Shown here piece after piece: positions 50,721 through 63,171 of a DNA stretch of 64,000 nt. The position numbers and the translations under genes were made by a program. Where the stretch lies: NCBI GenBank assembly GCA_951406725.2, contig OX597823.1:32984001-33048000 (forward strand). Reading direction: 5' to 3'. The notes under the pieces are model-generated. The model was not told where the DNA came from. It made no database searches and saw only the letters and a program-made list of their open reading frames with translations. The stretch is from Octopus vulgaris (lineage: Eukaryota). How positions within the stretch are numbered: the stretch's first letter is position 1; each line of letters begins with the position of its first letter.

Positions 50721-53700
50721 AACTTCACAGCCATTATTACATAAGCCTTCTGAATCTAAACAACACTGTTATCTAAAGTGTTTAAGATAATTAAATAAGT
50801 ACACAATACTAAGTAAGCTAGTAAATTCAGAATGTTAAAACATGTCAAAATAGAGTATCATAGTTTACCAATGTTATCTAAACAAAACTTGATGCAATTG
50901 TCAATGCTGTCAAACTGGTGGTCACCTTAAATAGGCCTGAATACATGCAAGAATGCAGTTCCACAACAATATGAACCAAACAGTGTTATCAGAAATGAAA
51001 GTTAAGCTCAATGTCAAAAAGTTTGGATATTCTTTACTTTTATTGGTTTCAGTAACTGCTGCCAGACTCGGAAATGGCCTTGAAGGGTTTGGTTGACCCC
51101 AGTACTTATTTTTCAGTCTGTTGGACTCTTTAGTAAAACTGCTAAGTTCCAGGAACGTAAACAAACCAATACCGGTTGTCAAGTAGAGGATGTACAAACA
51201 CAAGGGCATGCACACACACACACATATAAACAATAGACTTCCGCATAGCTTTCATCTATCAAATTGCCACAAAGCATTGGTCAGCTTGAGGCTATAGCCA
51301 AAGACACTTGCCCAAGGTGCTGCACAGTGGGACTGAACCAGAAACCATGTGATTGCAAAATGAACTTCTTAACCATACAGTCATGCTTGCACTTAGATGT
51401 TCTCACATCAATAACAAAGAACTATAAATATAACATTAGTCCAACTATAAAAGATAAATTATGTCAGTCTCTACAGCTTTGTGACTTACAAATTTCTTTT
51501 GTGATTTTGCAGTTGCCGTAGAGTAGCATTGCATCATTCATTAAGTTTCAGTGAGAAACAGCAGGATTTGGTTGCATTGGTAGTTTGGGAGACGTTGGGG
51601 ACTGAGCAGCAGCAGTAGTTGAGGAAATTGATGATGTTGACATGGAAGAAAAATTACTAAAGGGGTTCACACAAAAGAAGCAGCTCTACAGGAGATGGAG
51701 AAGTTGTTAATGTCAGTCTGTTGTTATTCTGATTACGATTAGTAGATGTCCGTGGGGAAGAATATTTAAGAATCATTTGTTTAATTGTTGTTTAATCCAT
51801 GCTGTATTTCTGCCAATATGAGTCAGATAACATGCATGTGCACATCGGGAGATTTCATTAGTTTGTTCATGTAATGAATTATGTCCAACCTCGTAAAAAA
51901 GGTTTACTGCTACACTTAACTGTTTGCAAAGTAATTTCTCACAGCTGGGGATTAGCATGCACACACCTGATGCACAGTGATTATTGAAAACAACCTTTTG
52001 TTAATACTCTTCAATCTTTCCAACTGATGGACTGCAACCTTTAATGCAGACTTGACTATTTTTATAGCTTTGAACAATAAGTAGGACTTAAATTTTTTAT
52101 GATACCGAGTTGGTTTATTTAATCAGTCCTTAAATTGAATGCATTCTGGTGCCTTCTCTGATTCCACAGTCATTAGAATACCAAATCTAGACAACATGGG
52201 AAACAGATATTTCCTTCAGTTTCTGCTGAAACATTAAAAGTGCATGTACACATGCATGTCTGTCTGTAAATATAGTTGAAATTTACAAAAAAGCAAAAGA
52301 CAAAGACAAGTGTATGAACAACAAGCAGGTGTATTAGCTTGACGCTTGGGAAAGTGAGAAAGTATTTTACATTTTGAGCCTACGCTCTTCAACAGAAAGG
52401 AATAAGAGAAAATAGAGAACCCATGCCAGCATGGAAAGTGGATGTTAAATAATGATCAATAATAGAAAGGAGCTACAGGAAGCTAGCTGATTGCTATAGC
52501 AACACCCTTCTGTGCATGCCCACTCTACACATGCACATCAGCAACATTCGTCAATTTCTTTAAAATGGGGACATAACCCCGAATTATTGAATACAAAGTA
52601 AGTCTGTATTAATTCACATATTTGTCTTGTGATTTACCTTGCATTTACTTCGCATTGTTTTGGCCTTACCCACAATCTTCTATACAGTATATTCTACACA
52701 ATGCTTCACAGTAATTATTCCATTACACACACACATATATATATATATAACTGTTTTAAGAAAAAAAGTTTAATCAGAAATTCTCTCAGAAAATTAAGGT
52801 TTGCACTTAGAGGGACCTGAGACATATACACACATGCATGTGTGTGTGAGTTTGTGTGTATGTAAGTATCTTGTTTGCTGGAGATAAGGTAAGGCAATTG
52901 CTGTCTTGATAATGCCTATTGAGGCAGAAACATGTGTTTAGGACTATCTTCTTTTCTGCAGATAAGCAAACAGCCTTTTCTTTAACAGCATGTCAATTTT
53001 AGAGAATACTTCTTTTTTGAGATTATCTCCCCTTCTCATTTGGAGTTGGTCTCAATTACCACCAAGCAATTGTTCTAGCATATCAGGAACTGGAGATATT
53101 TTAATAAATCAAGAATACATTATGTGTGTTATTTAATATACCCTTATTTGTCTTCGTTATTCAAACAATATGCTACTAACCTCTTCAAGTTGTATTTTAT
53201 TTAGCTCATTTTCAATTCATTTAAGTGAATCACATATATATATATATATACATACATATTATGCAAACTATAAATTATGCAAATTATATATTTTTTATCT
53301 TTTACTTGTTTCAGTCATTAGAATGCAGCCATGTTGGGGTACTGCTTTGAGGAATTTTAGTCAAACAAATGAACACCCAGTCCTAACTTTGTAAGCCTGG
53401 TACGTATTCTATCAACATCTTTTGCCAAACTGCTAAGTTACAGGGATGGAAACACATCAGTACCAACTGTCAGGTGGTGGTGGTGGTGAAGGCAGACAAA
53501 CACACACACACACGATGTACTTCTTTAAGCTTCCATCCACCAAATCCATTTACAACGCTTTGGTTGGCCCAAGGCTATACTAGTATATATTTACCCAAGG
53601 TGTCATGCAACAATTTATACATACAATATATATATATACAATGTATATATATATATATATTCCTGAGATCAAATGCACACACACACACACAAAACAAAAT

Positions 53701-56700
53701 AGACAACATGATAGGTTTTGATAATTGGGATCATCTCAACAATCTCAAACTTTATTCGCTCTAAGGCTGCCATGAGCACTACATCATTCGTATGACATAG
53801 AAAATATTCCAACAACATTGCCCAAATAATACTCTTTTACTTGTTTCAGTCATTTGACTGTGGCCATGCTGGAGTACCGCCTTTAGTCGAGCAAATCAAT
53901 CCCAGGACTTATTCTTTGTAAGCCTAGTACTTATTCTATCGGTCTCTTTTTGCCAAACCGCTAAGTTGCGGGGGACATAAACACACCAGTATCGGTTGTC
54001 AAGTGATGTTGTGGGGACAAACACAGACACACAAACATACACACTCACACATACATATATATATACACATATATACGACAAGCTTCTTTTAGTTTCCGTC
54101 TACCAAATCCACTCACAAGGCTTTGGTCGGCTTGAGGCTATAGTAGAAGACACTTGTCCAAGGTGCCATGCAGTGGGACTGAACCCAGAACCATGTGGTT
54201 TGTAAGCAAGCTACTTACCACACAGCCACACCTATGCCTATGATGCTGACATCAACTTTAAAGTTCACCCAAGATTCTCTCCCCATACCACCCATCCTCT
54301 ATATAAATCCTGCTTACATCTCACTAAGACAGAACAATAATGCTTAAATCAAAAGGGCTATGGTACTCAAAGAATGATTGTAATATGAAACATTATTCAA
54401 TGTCTTTGCCAGATGGTGCTATTAAATTAGTAATGGCCTCTGTGAAGTTGTTTTGCATTTATAATAAAAAAATATATATACAAATTATAAAAATAATTTT
54501 AAAAAATATACAGTACAGTACTGTTTCTACTTTGAGGATTTTCATCTATCACAGCGGGGTTTTAGAATGTAACACCCGCGATAGTCAGTGGCTTACTGTG
54601 TATGTGTGTGTGCATGTGTGAGTACATACACAAACACACTCATATGTACACGCATATGTATTTATATACAGAGTATATATATATATATATATATATCTTG
54701 TACATATTAATTCACATATTTGTTTTCTTGTGATTTACCTTGCATTGTTTTGGCCTTATCCACGATCTTTTATACAATATATTCTACACAAAGCTTCATA
54801 GTAATTATTCCATAGATATATATATATATATATATTATTTAATAACACATTAACCCTTTCGTTACTGTATTTATTTTGAGATGTTCTATGTTTCTTTCAA
54901 TTATTTTAAATATAACAAAGAATTTAGTAAAATAACTTAGTTACCATTCAGCTTGTATTAGGAACATAAATTGTGACTAAGGTTTGGTGGAAGATTTTAA
55001 TTTAAAACTTATGGAAATAAGACATTTGTACAACAGAGCCAGAGCCGGTTTCAGCCGGGTTGGTAACAAAAGGGTTAATTCAGCTTCATGCAACTTAAAG
55101 TTTTGTTGGCCCACAAAATGAACCTAGCTCTTTAGGCTTAAATAACCAAATGGAGAAAGTTCAAGATGGCTACAGGGACTGCTATTGGTCAAGGCAAGTC
55201 ACATGGAGTTGTTGATGTCCGTATTCATACAGTAGTGACATCATATGTTGAGGTGCTATGTGAACGCACCCATGCCAGTGCTGCTTAAAAGCACCTAGTA
55301 CACTCTGTAACGTTGTTGGTGTTAGGAAGGGGATCCAGTTGTAGAAACCATGCCAAAACCAACATGGAACCTTGGCAGCTCTTTAACTGGCCATCTCCTG
55401 TCAAACTATCCAACACATACTTGCATGGAAAATGGACATTTAATGATGATGATGATAACATATGTGTGTGGGTGCACATATATATATATATGAATACATA
55501 GGAACAGACACACACACACACAGCATCTTATAGCTTCCTCAGAGCCATTAATGACTCTGACACCCTATCATTCAATTAATAAATATTACACACACTCATA
55601 TAGCAATACATTTTGAAAATAAACCTAAACATTTTCTCTCCTTAGTTGTCTCCCATGCCCCAGATCCCAATCCCCACCACCACCCCTCTCTCTCTTTCTC
55701 TCATTTTCAATTGTGCCACACATCAGCCAAATTTTCATCAGTCCTTCTAACACTTGTATCCCCACTTTTTATTGCTCCTTCCACCTCCCTTATTCCTCTT
55801 TATTTTTGCAGCACAATCGATGAACATTTCAGCTTTTCCCAACGAAATCTTCTGACTGATGTGTTATACTTCTCTTCATCATCATCATCATTTAATGTCC
55901 ATTGTCCATGCTGGCATGGGTAGGACAGTTTAACCAGGGCTGGCAAGCTGGAAGGCTGCACCAGACTCCAGTCTGATCTGGCAGAGTTTCTACAGTTGGA
56001 TGCCCTTCCTAATGCCAACCACTCTGAGAGTGTAATGGGTGCTTTTACGTGCCACCAGCATGGGTGCCATTTGCGTGACAGTATCTGTCATGTTTGCAGT
56101 TTTGCTTGACTTGATGGGTCTTATTAAGCATGACATAATGCCAAAGGTCTCAGTCATTGCCTCTGTGAGGCCAAACACTCGAAAGGAGCTTAACTACTTT
56201 GTCTCTATGAAGCCCAACACTTGAAAGGTGCTTTTTATGTGCCACAAGCACAGGTGCCAGCAACGTAAAACCAGATTCAGCTACGACTACAATTTCACCT
56301 GGCTTGATGGGTCTTCCCAGGTACAGTACATCACCAAAGGTCCTGGTCACTAGTCATTGCCTCCATGAGGCCTAAAGTTTGATGTTCCACTTGGCTAACT
56401 TATTGTGTCTATAAATTCTATTTCAGAAGGTGTACCCACATGTGCAAACACACATATATACATATTGAAAGCTTGAAAGCAGCCCATGGAACATAGCTCC
56501 AGACCAATTTGAGTAGAGGCTTATAACAGGCTTTTGTACCACTGCATTGAGGTGAAGCTGTAGTATCCTTTACAGGGAGCAATCCTGGGTTAGTATGGGA
56601 GAACATCAGTTTCCTATACAATATGTCTCTCCTCTCCACTGATGTTGCCGAAGAGCAAGGGCCAGAACAGTTTAGCAACACATGACAGGACAATGTTGAA

Positions 56701-58863
56701 AACAATATTGCATTGCTTTAGATACTACAGCTCCAGATTTACTCCTGAAGTCTTCCACATGAGTGAGAGTCACATGGTAGCAGAAGCTTCAGTTCAGAGT
56801 TTAGATGAACTGTCTTCTTTCTCTCTCTCTTCACTTTTTCACACACACATTATATATATATATATATATCTCCCAACATGGAAGGTGGACTTTAAACAAT
56901 GATGATGATATATATACCAGTACAGAATGGCACCACATACATTCTCAATGTATATTTACAATGCACATACATATTTGGCACCAAACTTTGGCTTCTGACA
57001 GGATGCTATTGCACTGTTCCACAGGTCCTGACTGTCCTATCTAGAGTAAGGACTAGATACTGCAATAGCCTAGGATTCAAAGGCCCACAGCTATTTAATA
57101 TAATATTTTGCCAAAAAAATTGAGAGATCCACACAGAATAGGCGTAGATGCTTTTAAGAAGCACCTTGAGCTTCTGCTGTCCAAGACCCCAGATGAACTC
57201 ACACCATGGCAAGAAACTCAAAATGAAGGCAGCAGTATCAAACAACTTCATTCACCAAAAGCCAACCACATAGGAATGGCCATTGAAAATGTGATGAGAC
57301 TAGCAGTGACCAACATTGTCACAACCTTTAGGCTAAAATGCATAAAAGATAAAAGAATTCCACCTGGAATAAACAGACATACATGTATCCTTCCACAAAA
57401 AAAAAAAAAAGACTGGCTTCTCCTGTTGAGATAAGATTTTTCATACCCCTGCCTAAATAGAAGATAGCTGTTAAATGATGATGATAATGATGTTGAACAC
57501 ATTACATTTACTGGCCCATTATCTGTCTATACCTTCTGCTCTAACTACAATAGCCTCCACTCCCCTCAACCACCTCTACAACCTACAACAACTTCTTTTC
57601 TTCCTTAGCCATCATTTGAGAGGCTTCTGACTATCTTCTGAGCTCTTTCCTTAGAAAAAAAAAATCTTAGTCATTTTGAATTTTAAGGACTATCTCTTCC
57701 ATGGTCCCTGAAAGCAGACTTCTTCCACCTTGCAAATCCCTGTTGTTCAAACAAAACAGTGACCACATTAATCTTATCCACCTCTTCTAGCCTCCACCTT
57801 CAGTGTTGGAAGACCTGCAAAATCCTATGAGCAGTATCTCCTCATTACATGGCCTAATAATTCCAATCTTGCAGGACCTATAAAAGCTATAGACACAATG
57901 TCCCCTCTTATGCAGACTAATTCTTCCAGTCTCACACAACCTGGAAAAGCTATGGGCAGTGTCCCATCTTACAATTATCCTTCCAGTTTCGTAGGACCTG
58001 GAAATGCCAGGAGCACTATCCCCTTTTATACAGACTAATTCTTCCAGTCTTGCAATACCTAGGCAAGGTACGAGCAGTATCTCCTCTTATGCAATCTAAT
58101 TAAAGAAATATAGAAAAATAAGATTATTTTCTGTACCTTGGTAATTTAAATATTCTAGATTATTATCCTAGTCCTTCGTAAATTTGCTTGCTTCGTTACC
58201 TTTCGTTAAGATTTATCTCCGATCATCTGCTGGAGTCTGGGCAGTTTAAAAGATTACAACCCTTCGGATAGTTTCTGAGTTCAAACTAACTTAAGGTTCC
58301 GTGTGTGTGTGTGTGTGTAAGCATAGGACATCTGAAGGTGATCCGAGATCGAACAGATTGAAATGTTGTGCAACCGTCAAACTGACGACAGACAAGAATA
58401 ATAGTGCGACAAGAGAAGGTCGCTTAGTTACCTATAATCTCATAAATACAGATAAATCCAGTGTGAAGATCGTTTATACGTTGCTTGCCGCTAGGTCAGT
58501 TTGACAAACATTTGATCAAAAACATTCCAATAGTGATCCGGACATTATGTCGCAAAAATGACATTATCGAACATTCTTTTTAAGATAGCCGGACAGGATT
58601 TGAAGGAGATTTAGCTGCTATTTCTAACAGCTCAATCGATTGTTTAAATGGCTTACGCCGTATGGAAAGGTGTTTGTTGATATAATCATTCAGAGAAAAC
58701 ATACTCACCATGCCGAAGATAAAGAAGTCAATAATAACAAGCAGTCTCTAAAAATAATTAACGTTGGTAAGACGGTTACAGCAAGAGAAATCTCCCAGAT
58801 ACTGGTGCCATTTTGATTGCTGACAAATTGTTCCTGAAGTTGTTTGTATGACGGAGTGGACAT
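36125..58863 (-). CDS. PIGW: Phosphatidylinositol-glycan biosynthesis class W protein (GWT1 family inositol acyltransferase), 496 aa; join(complement 58863-58709,48560-48141,46518-46350,44449-44199,42573-42432,39178-39082,36381-36125)
   Basis: Motifs [104 protein letters not shown] are GWT1/PIG-W hallmarks. Seven exons sum to 1491 nt with GT-AG introns and matching phases. Confidence 0.96.
36831..37243. mobile_element. hAT-type MITE with a nested SINE B fragment (about 36925-37080)
   Basis: Ends tagtggttctcaac / gttgagaacctctg resemble CAGTGGTTCTCAA hAT TIRs; no clear TSD. Confidence 0.65.
38048..38415 (-). mobile_element. Non-autonomous Helitron (368 bp)
   Basis: On the minus strand A|TCTCTATACATATAAA...CTAG|T, no TSD, terminal hairpin at 38047-38087. 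Confidence 0.8.
38652..38900 (-). pseudogene. RTE-clade LINE C-terminal fragment
   Basis: [28 protein letters not shown]...ATQHRWMWR resembles the RTE terminal G..GKR.RGR.R.RW.D.IKEW...AQDR..WR pattern. Confidence 0.6.
39082..39178 (-). CDS. PIGW: PIGW exon 6 ([21 protein letters not shown]...KTKS)
   Basis: ctgcag|GTG, A|gtaagt; phase 0 to 1 bridges exons 5 and 7. Confidence 0.85.
42432..42573 (-). CDS. PIGW: PIGW exon 5 (NTLFDW...[14 protein letters not shown])
   Basis: tttacag|G, ATA|gtaagt. Confidence 0.92.
43543..43945 (+). mobile_element. tRNA-derived SINE (further family)
   Basis: tgtagcttagtggttagggtg A-box-like head; ends in a (CAT)/(TAT) tract. Confidence 0.5.
44199..44449 (-). 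CDS. PIGW: PIGW exon 4 (VLSTLF...[13 protein letters not shown]...FRT)
   Basis: aaccag|GTT, AG|gtattt. Confidence 0.9.
45145..45545 (-). mobile_element. SINE family A, near full length
   Basis: ttttacttgtttcagtc...gctaagttacggggacataaacacacc...aaatccactcacaaggc...gggactgaacccagaaccatgtgg. Confidence 0.85.
46350..46518 (-). CDS. PIGW: PIGW exon 3 (...[22 protein letters not shown])
   Basis: aatctag|A, AAG|gtaagt. Confidence 0.92.
48141..48560 (-). CDS. PIGW: PIGW exon 2 (...[29 protein letters not shown]...)
   Basis: tttcag|G, AA|gtaact. Confidence 0.95.
48588..48795. mobile_element. TTAA/piggyBac-type MITE next to the PIGW exon 2 acceptor
   Basis: ttaa|ccattttgttacc...ggtatcgaaaggg|ttaa. 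Confidence 0.8.
50170..50718 (+). mobile_element. CR1-type LINE 3' end with (ATT)n tail
   Basis: HKIIN...[12 protein letters not shown]...[23 protein letters not shown] resembles the CR1 terminus (TRGH..KL...FS.RV...WN.LP..VV...FK). Confidence 0.75.
52608..54830. repeat. Dispersed direct duplication of about 130 bp (52608-52745 and 54706-54830)
   Basis: attaattcacatatttg...ttgtgatttaccttgcatt...ttggcctta.ccac...tattctacaca..gcttca.agtaattattccat occurs twice. Confidence 0.8.
53832..54240 (-). mobile_element. SINE family A, full-length young copy (others at about 51030-51390, 53297-53610, 61328-61670)
   Basis: Complete head-to-tail match to the other family A copies, with several CpGs retained. 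Confidence 0.88.
54854..55074. mobile_element. piggyBac-type MITE (221 bp)
   Basis: TTAA|CCCTTTCGTTAC...GTAACAAAAGGG|TTAA; related copies near 1181, 31385 and 48588. Confidence 0.9.
57000..57340 (+). pseudogene. CR1-like LINE C-terminal fragment
   Basis: [20 protein letters not shown].. LPKKLRD...[18 protein letters not shown], with a frameshift. Confidence 0.6.
57810..58100. repeat. Degenerate approximately 60-bp minisatellite x5
   Basis: gacctg.aaaagctatg.gcagt.tc.cctctta...ctaattcttccagtcttgca units. Confidence 0.7.
58709..58863 (-). CDS. PIGW: PIGW coding exon 1 ([25 protein letters not shown]...)
   Basis: ATG 58863, TG|gtgagt donor; absent from the ORF track because it is short. Confidence 0.9.
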
Positions 58864-59039
58864 GATTGAGATAAACTAGATCACTAAATCTCAAGGAAGA
58901 TAATATTCATGCTAAAATATTGTTACTGTTGATTATATACATTAAAAAAAAAAAACAATGTTGGAAATCAACCTGCAGTGTAAAGCTACCTCTGCATGTG
59001 CTTGTGTATGTATAAACATATATATAAATTGTCCTATAT

Positions 59040-59180
59040 GAATGAATATATTCGGGCGTCTGCTTCGCGAAGCTGTGTATATTTAAATGCGCGAGCGCAG
59101 GGGAGAAGGAACAAGTACTTCCTGCTTATTTGGTCATGTGATACATCCGTGACCGGACGGTTCCGGTAACGACCATAACT
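59040..59180. promoter_or_regulatory. Probable PIGW promoter (CpG-retaining, possibly bidirectional)
   Basis: Local CpG cluster 200-300 nt upstream of the PIGW ATG, with TTCGCGAA palindrome, GCGCGAGCGC, ETS-like ACTTCCTG and CCGG motifs. Confidence 0.5.
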
Positions 59181-59644
59181 GAGATTTGTAATTAATTATT
59201 CTTATTTTAATTAATTTATTGTTTTGTTAAATTCAAGTCGTGATAGAAATCGTTGGAAGTACTGAGGGCTGCGGCGTTACTCACGGAGAGGAATGCCTTA
59301 TAGTGTCTTGTACCTCTGCAGCCCTTAGCTTATCCCAAGTTCCTAATACTCATTTCCGTTACTGAATTCACTATTATTCGGTTTTGTAGAAGGCGACGGA
59401 GCTGGCAGAGTCGTTAGCGTATCAAACAAGAATGCTTGGCGGTGTTTCGCTATGATTTCAAATTTCGCTAGGATCGATTCGGTCTTTCATCCATTCAGAG
59501 TCGATAAATTATCTGAACACTGGAGTCAACGTAATTGATTAACCACTTTCCACTGAAATTACTGACCGTGTGTCAAAATTTGAAACCATATTATTCGGTT
59601 TTGCGTTAGTTATAATTAATTTTTGATCATTATAAGTAACATAG

Positions 59645-60025
59645 TGGAGGTACAGTGGCCCAGTGGTTAGGGCAGTGGACTCGCGGTTTCGATTCCCAGA
59701 CCGGGCGTTGTGAGTGTTTATTGAGCGAAAACATCTAAGGTTCCAAGAAGCTCCGGCAGGAGGTGGGGTAGCAAACCCTGCTGTACTCTTTCACCATAAC
59801 TTTCTCTCGTTTTTTTTTCCTGTTTCTTTTGTACCTGTATTTCAAAGAGCTAGCCTTGTCAGTCTGTTTCACACTGAATCTTGCCAAGAACTATGTTAAA
59901 AGTACACGTGTCTGTGGAGTGCTCAACCACTTACACGTTAATTTCACGAGCAGGCTGTTCCGTTTATCGGATCAACTAGAACCCTAGTCGTCATAAACGA
60001 CGGGGTGCCACAATAAATAACAATA
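59645..60025 (+). mobile_element. tRNA-derived SINE
   Basis: tggcccagtggttagggcag A box, ggtttcgattccc B box, AAT/AAC-rich tail. Confidence 0.7.
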
Positions 60026-60245
60026 ACTTTTGTGAAACTGATATTTTCAAAAATGATTTCTGTGAAAACTAAAAGTAGATGCTTTTTTTTTTTTCCTTCT
60101 CTTAAGTTTTAAGTTCAAATCCCGCCAAGCTCTACATGGCGTTTCCTCTGTCGTCGATAATACAAAGTACCCCGTAGCATGCTGGTCAAAAAGAAAATAC
60201 TTTCGTGAGTTTAATTACGTTTTATCATATCATAGCAGATAAATT

Positions 60246-60646
60246 GGCAATCTTTCGTCTCTAGTAGACCTTTCCGTCGACTTCCGTAAAAATTTTTTTT
60301 TTTTTACATATGGGCTTGCGGGAACTTTTGAAGTAATGAGAGCGAAAGAGACTAAGAGAAAGCGATTGTATGACGAGGGAAGTTCTTTTGAAGTTACCGT
60401 GCATGGGAAGCATTGATGTACATGTGTGTGTGTGTGTTTGATGGGGTGTGGGAGACAGACAGTATGTTGTGTAAGTGAAGTGCTTCTGTTAGTGTGTGTG
60501 AAAGAAAGAGATAACTGAAATTTTTTACTCGGTGTATGTGTATATGTATGTATATTACTTCAAAAGTTCCCGTAAGCCCATATGTAAAAAAAAAAAAAAT
60601 TTTTACGGAAATCGACGGAAAGGTCTACTAGAGACGAAAGATCGCC
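60246..60646. mobile_element. Merlin-like MITE with about 92-bp TIRs and 8-bp TSD
   Basis: gataaatt|GGCAATCTTTCGTCTCTAGTAGAC...GTCTACTAGAGACGAAAGATCGCC|gataaatt. Confidence 0.85.
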
Positions 60647-61724
60647 GATAAATTATATATGGCAGAAAAATTATATTTGGTCAATCAATTTGTTACTTCC
60701 TTATATATTATAAAGTCATGCATCTAATTGTATTGGAAAGGAAAATCATGGATTGCAGTTACATCGAACAGCCAACGTTAATAGCCTGATTTAGGTCACT
60801 ATAGTCTCTAAGTCATGTATAATTCTTTCTATTACAGGCACAGGGCCTGAAATTTTGGGGGAAGGTGCTAGTTGGCTTCATCTTAACCAGTACTTATTTT
60901 ATCGATCTCGAAAGGATGAAGGCAAAGTCGACCTCGAAAGGATGAAAACGATGTCGACCTCAATGGAATTTGAACTCAGGACGTAAAGCCGGGAGAGATT
61001 CTGCTAAACATTTTTGTTCGACGTGCTAGCGATTCTACCTGCTCACTACCGCCTTCTAAGTAATATATGAGAACTATAAAACATTTTAGGGTCCCAGTGT
61101 GAGCAGGCATTTTAGTTGTTAGAAGGTGTGTTTGATTTGTGGAAACAATGAGCCGAAACGAAAAACATAAAACATTAATGGATGGAAATATATATACACG
61201 CTTTTTACAGTTTAATCGCCAGAAAGTAACTCGATTAAAAGTCAAAGAAAATAATGTATGGCATAGCTATACAACAGAGTCGGAAATTATTTAGCGAGCC
61301 AAAAGAATGCAGTTTCTTGGGTTATGTTTTACTGTTTCAGTCGTTAGACTGCGGACAAGCTGAAGCACTGCCTTGAAGAATTTTAATCGGACGAATCGAC
61401 CTCGGTACATTTTTCCCAAAGCCGGGTACTTACTCTTTTGTTAAGCCACTAAGTTATGGGATATAAACATACCAAAACCGGTTGCCAATCGGTAGTGGAG
61501 GATAAACAGACACACATATACATGACGGGCTTCTTTCAGTTTCTACCAAATCCACTCACAAGGCTTTGGTCGGTCCGAGGCCATAGTAGAAGATACTTGC
61601 CCAAGGTGCCATGCGGTGGGACTGAACCTGGAACCATGTCTTTGAGAAACTTCTAACTACACAGCCACGCTTTCTGAAGTTTTAAATATCACAGATCGCG
61701 AATCTGCAACTTTTTTTTTTCATT

Positions 61725-62705
61725 GAGGTGGATGTAACCCTCTCCGAATATGAAAAAAAAAATTGCGCAAACGAACGGTTGTGGGGTGGGAGGCAGCCAA
61801 GTTATACCTTTCTTGAATCGTTGCCGTCAAATAATTACCAACCAAGACGAAGACATGTACATGTATGTTTGCGCAAATTTTTTTCATATTCGTTTTCTAC
61901 AGGCGACCGGGCACTAAACGGGGAAAAACGGAACGTGTAAACTTTCCGACAGTCATCTCCCTACCCCTTCGGAAAACATCCCCCCCCCCCAATTTCTTTA
62001 TAATCGTAATCTATGCTGTTTGGAAGGTGTTTCAGTCAAATTTCACTAAAAGATATCCATTTTCCTGAAAGCTATGAGCGAAAAATGGGATCTTTTGAAA
62101 TTCCGAAAGTCCTCTCTCCGACCTCACTCCCGTTCGTTTGTGCAAATTTTCTTTTTCTTATCTGTTTTCTGCACATTTTTCTTACACCTATTAGACTGGG
62201 GTTTTTTTTTTCATTTTGGTGACCAGGCGCTAAATTAGATCCTGAAAGTTTTGAGGGAAAAAAACGGATCGTATGAACTTTCTGACAGTCTTCTCCCCAC
62301 CCCCTTTGGAAAAACATTTTCCCTTCAAATTTCTTTATAATCGTAATCTACGCTGTTTGAAAGGTGTTTCTGTAAAATTTCATTAAAAGATATCCATTTT
62401 CCTGAAAATTATGAGAGGAAAAAAAACCCTGATTGTGTGAGATTTCCGACAGTCCTCTCCCCACCACTTCGGAAAATTTTCCCCAGAAATTTCTTTACAA
62501 TCGTAATTTGTGCCTTTTGAACGGTATTTCTATGAATTTTGCTGAAAGTTATGAGGGAAAAATCAGATCTTGTTAATTTTCCTAAAGTCCTCTCCCACCG
62601 TATCCCCGTTCGTTTGCACAAATTTCTTTTTCATATGTTTTCTGCACATTTTTTTACATCTTGTAGGCTGTTTTTTTTTGTTTGTTTTTGTTAACGGGTC
62701 TCGAA
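61725..62705. repeat. Unclassified CpG-rich composite repeat with three diverged internal subunits
   Basis: ttccgacagtc.tctccc...ttcggaaaa...aatttcttta.aatcgtaat...gtttc at about 61943, 62280 and 62444; short inverted repeat about 61746-61771 / 61867-61892. Confidence 0.65.
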
Positions 62706-63171
62706 CTGTATATTGACCAAAGTAATAGAGTTTGAAATAGGAAAAATATTTCAAACAAATAACTAATGTGCCACAATACACTACAACAGCTTCGGTGCTC
62801 AGGCACTTTAAATATCTTGTCTTGAGGTAGCATCAAAAGATGGCATGACCCAACAAATCCTGGTGTGAATTATAGCGCAGGAGCACTTGTGTATGAATTA
62901 GAGTACTGTAATTACATGAAGTAATACATTTCCTTGCCTGTGACCAAGCACATAAATCCAAACGAAGAAAATTCCTTGAAAATAGCTACTGTACTCTAAA
63001 TCACTTCAACTGCATTAGAAGGAAGTGAAATAGGAAAATGACAGCTGACCTCATAAATTCTAATGCATTATATGTTAAAGAGTAAAATCTAAGTTACGGT
63101 TTCTAAAAGAGCTGATTTAAATATAAAACGAATTAAAGAAATATGATAATGCTATTAAAGTGAAACTTACA

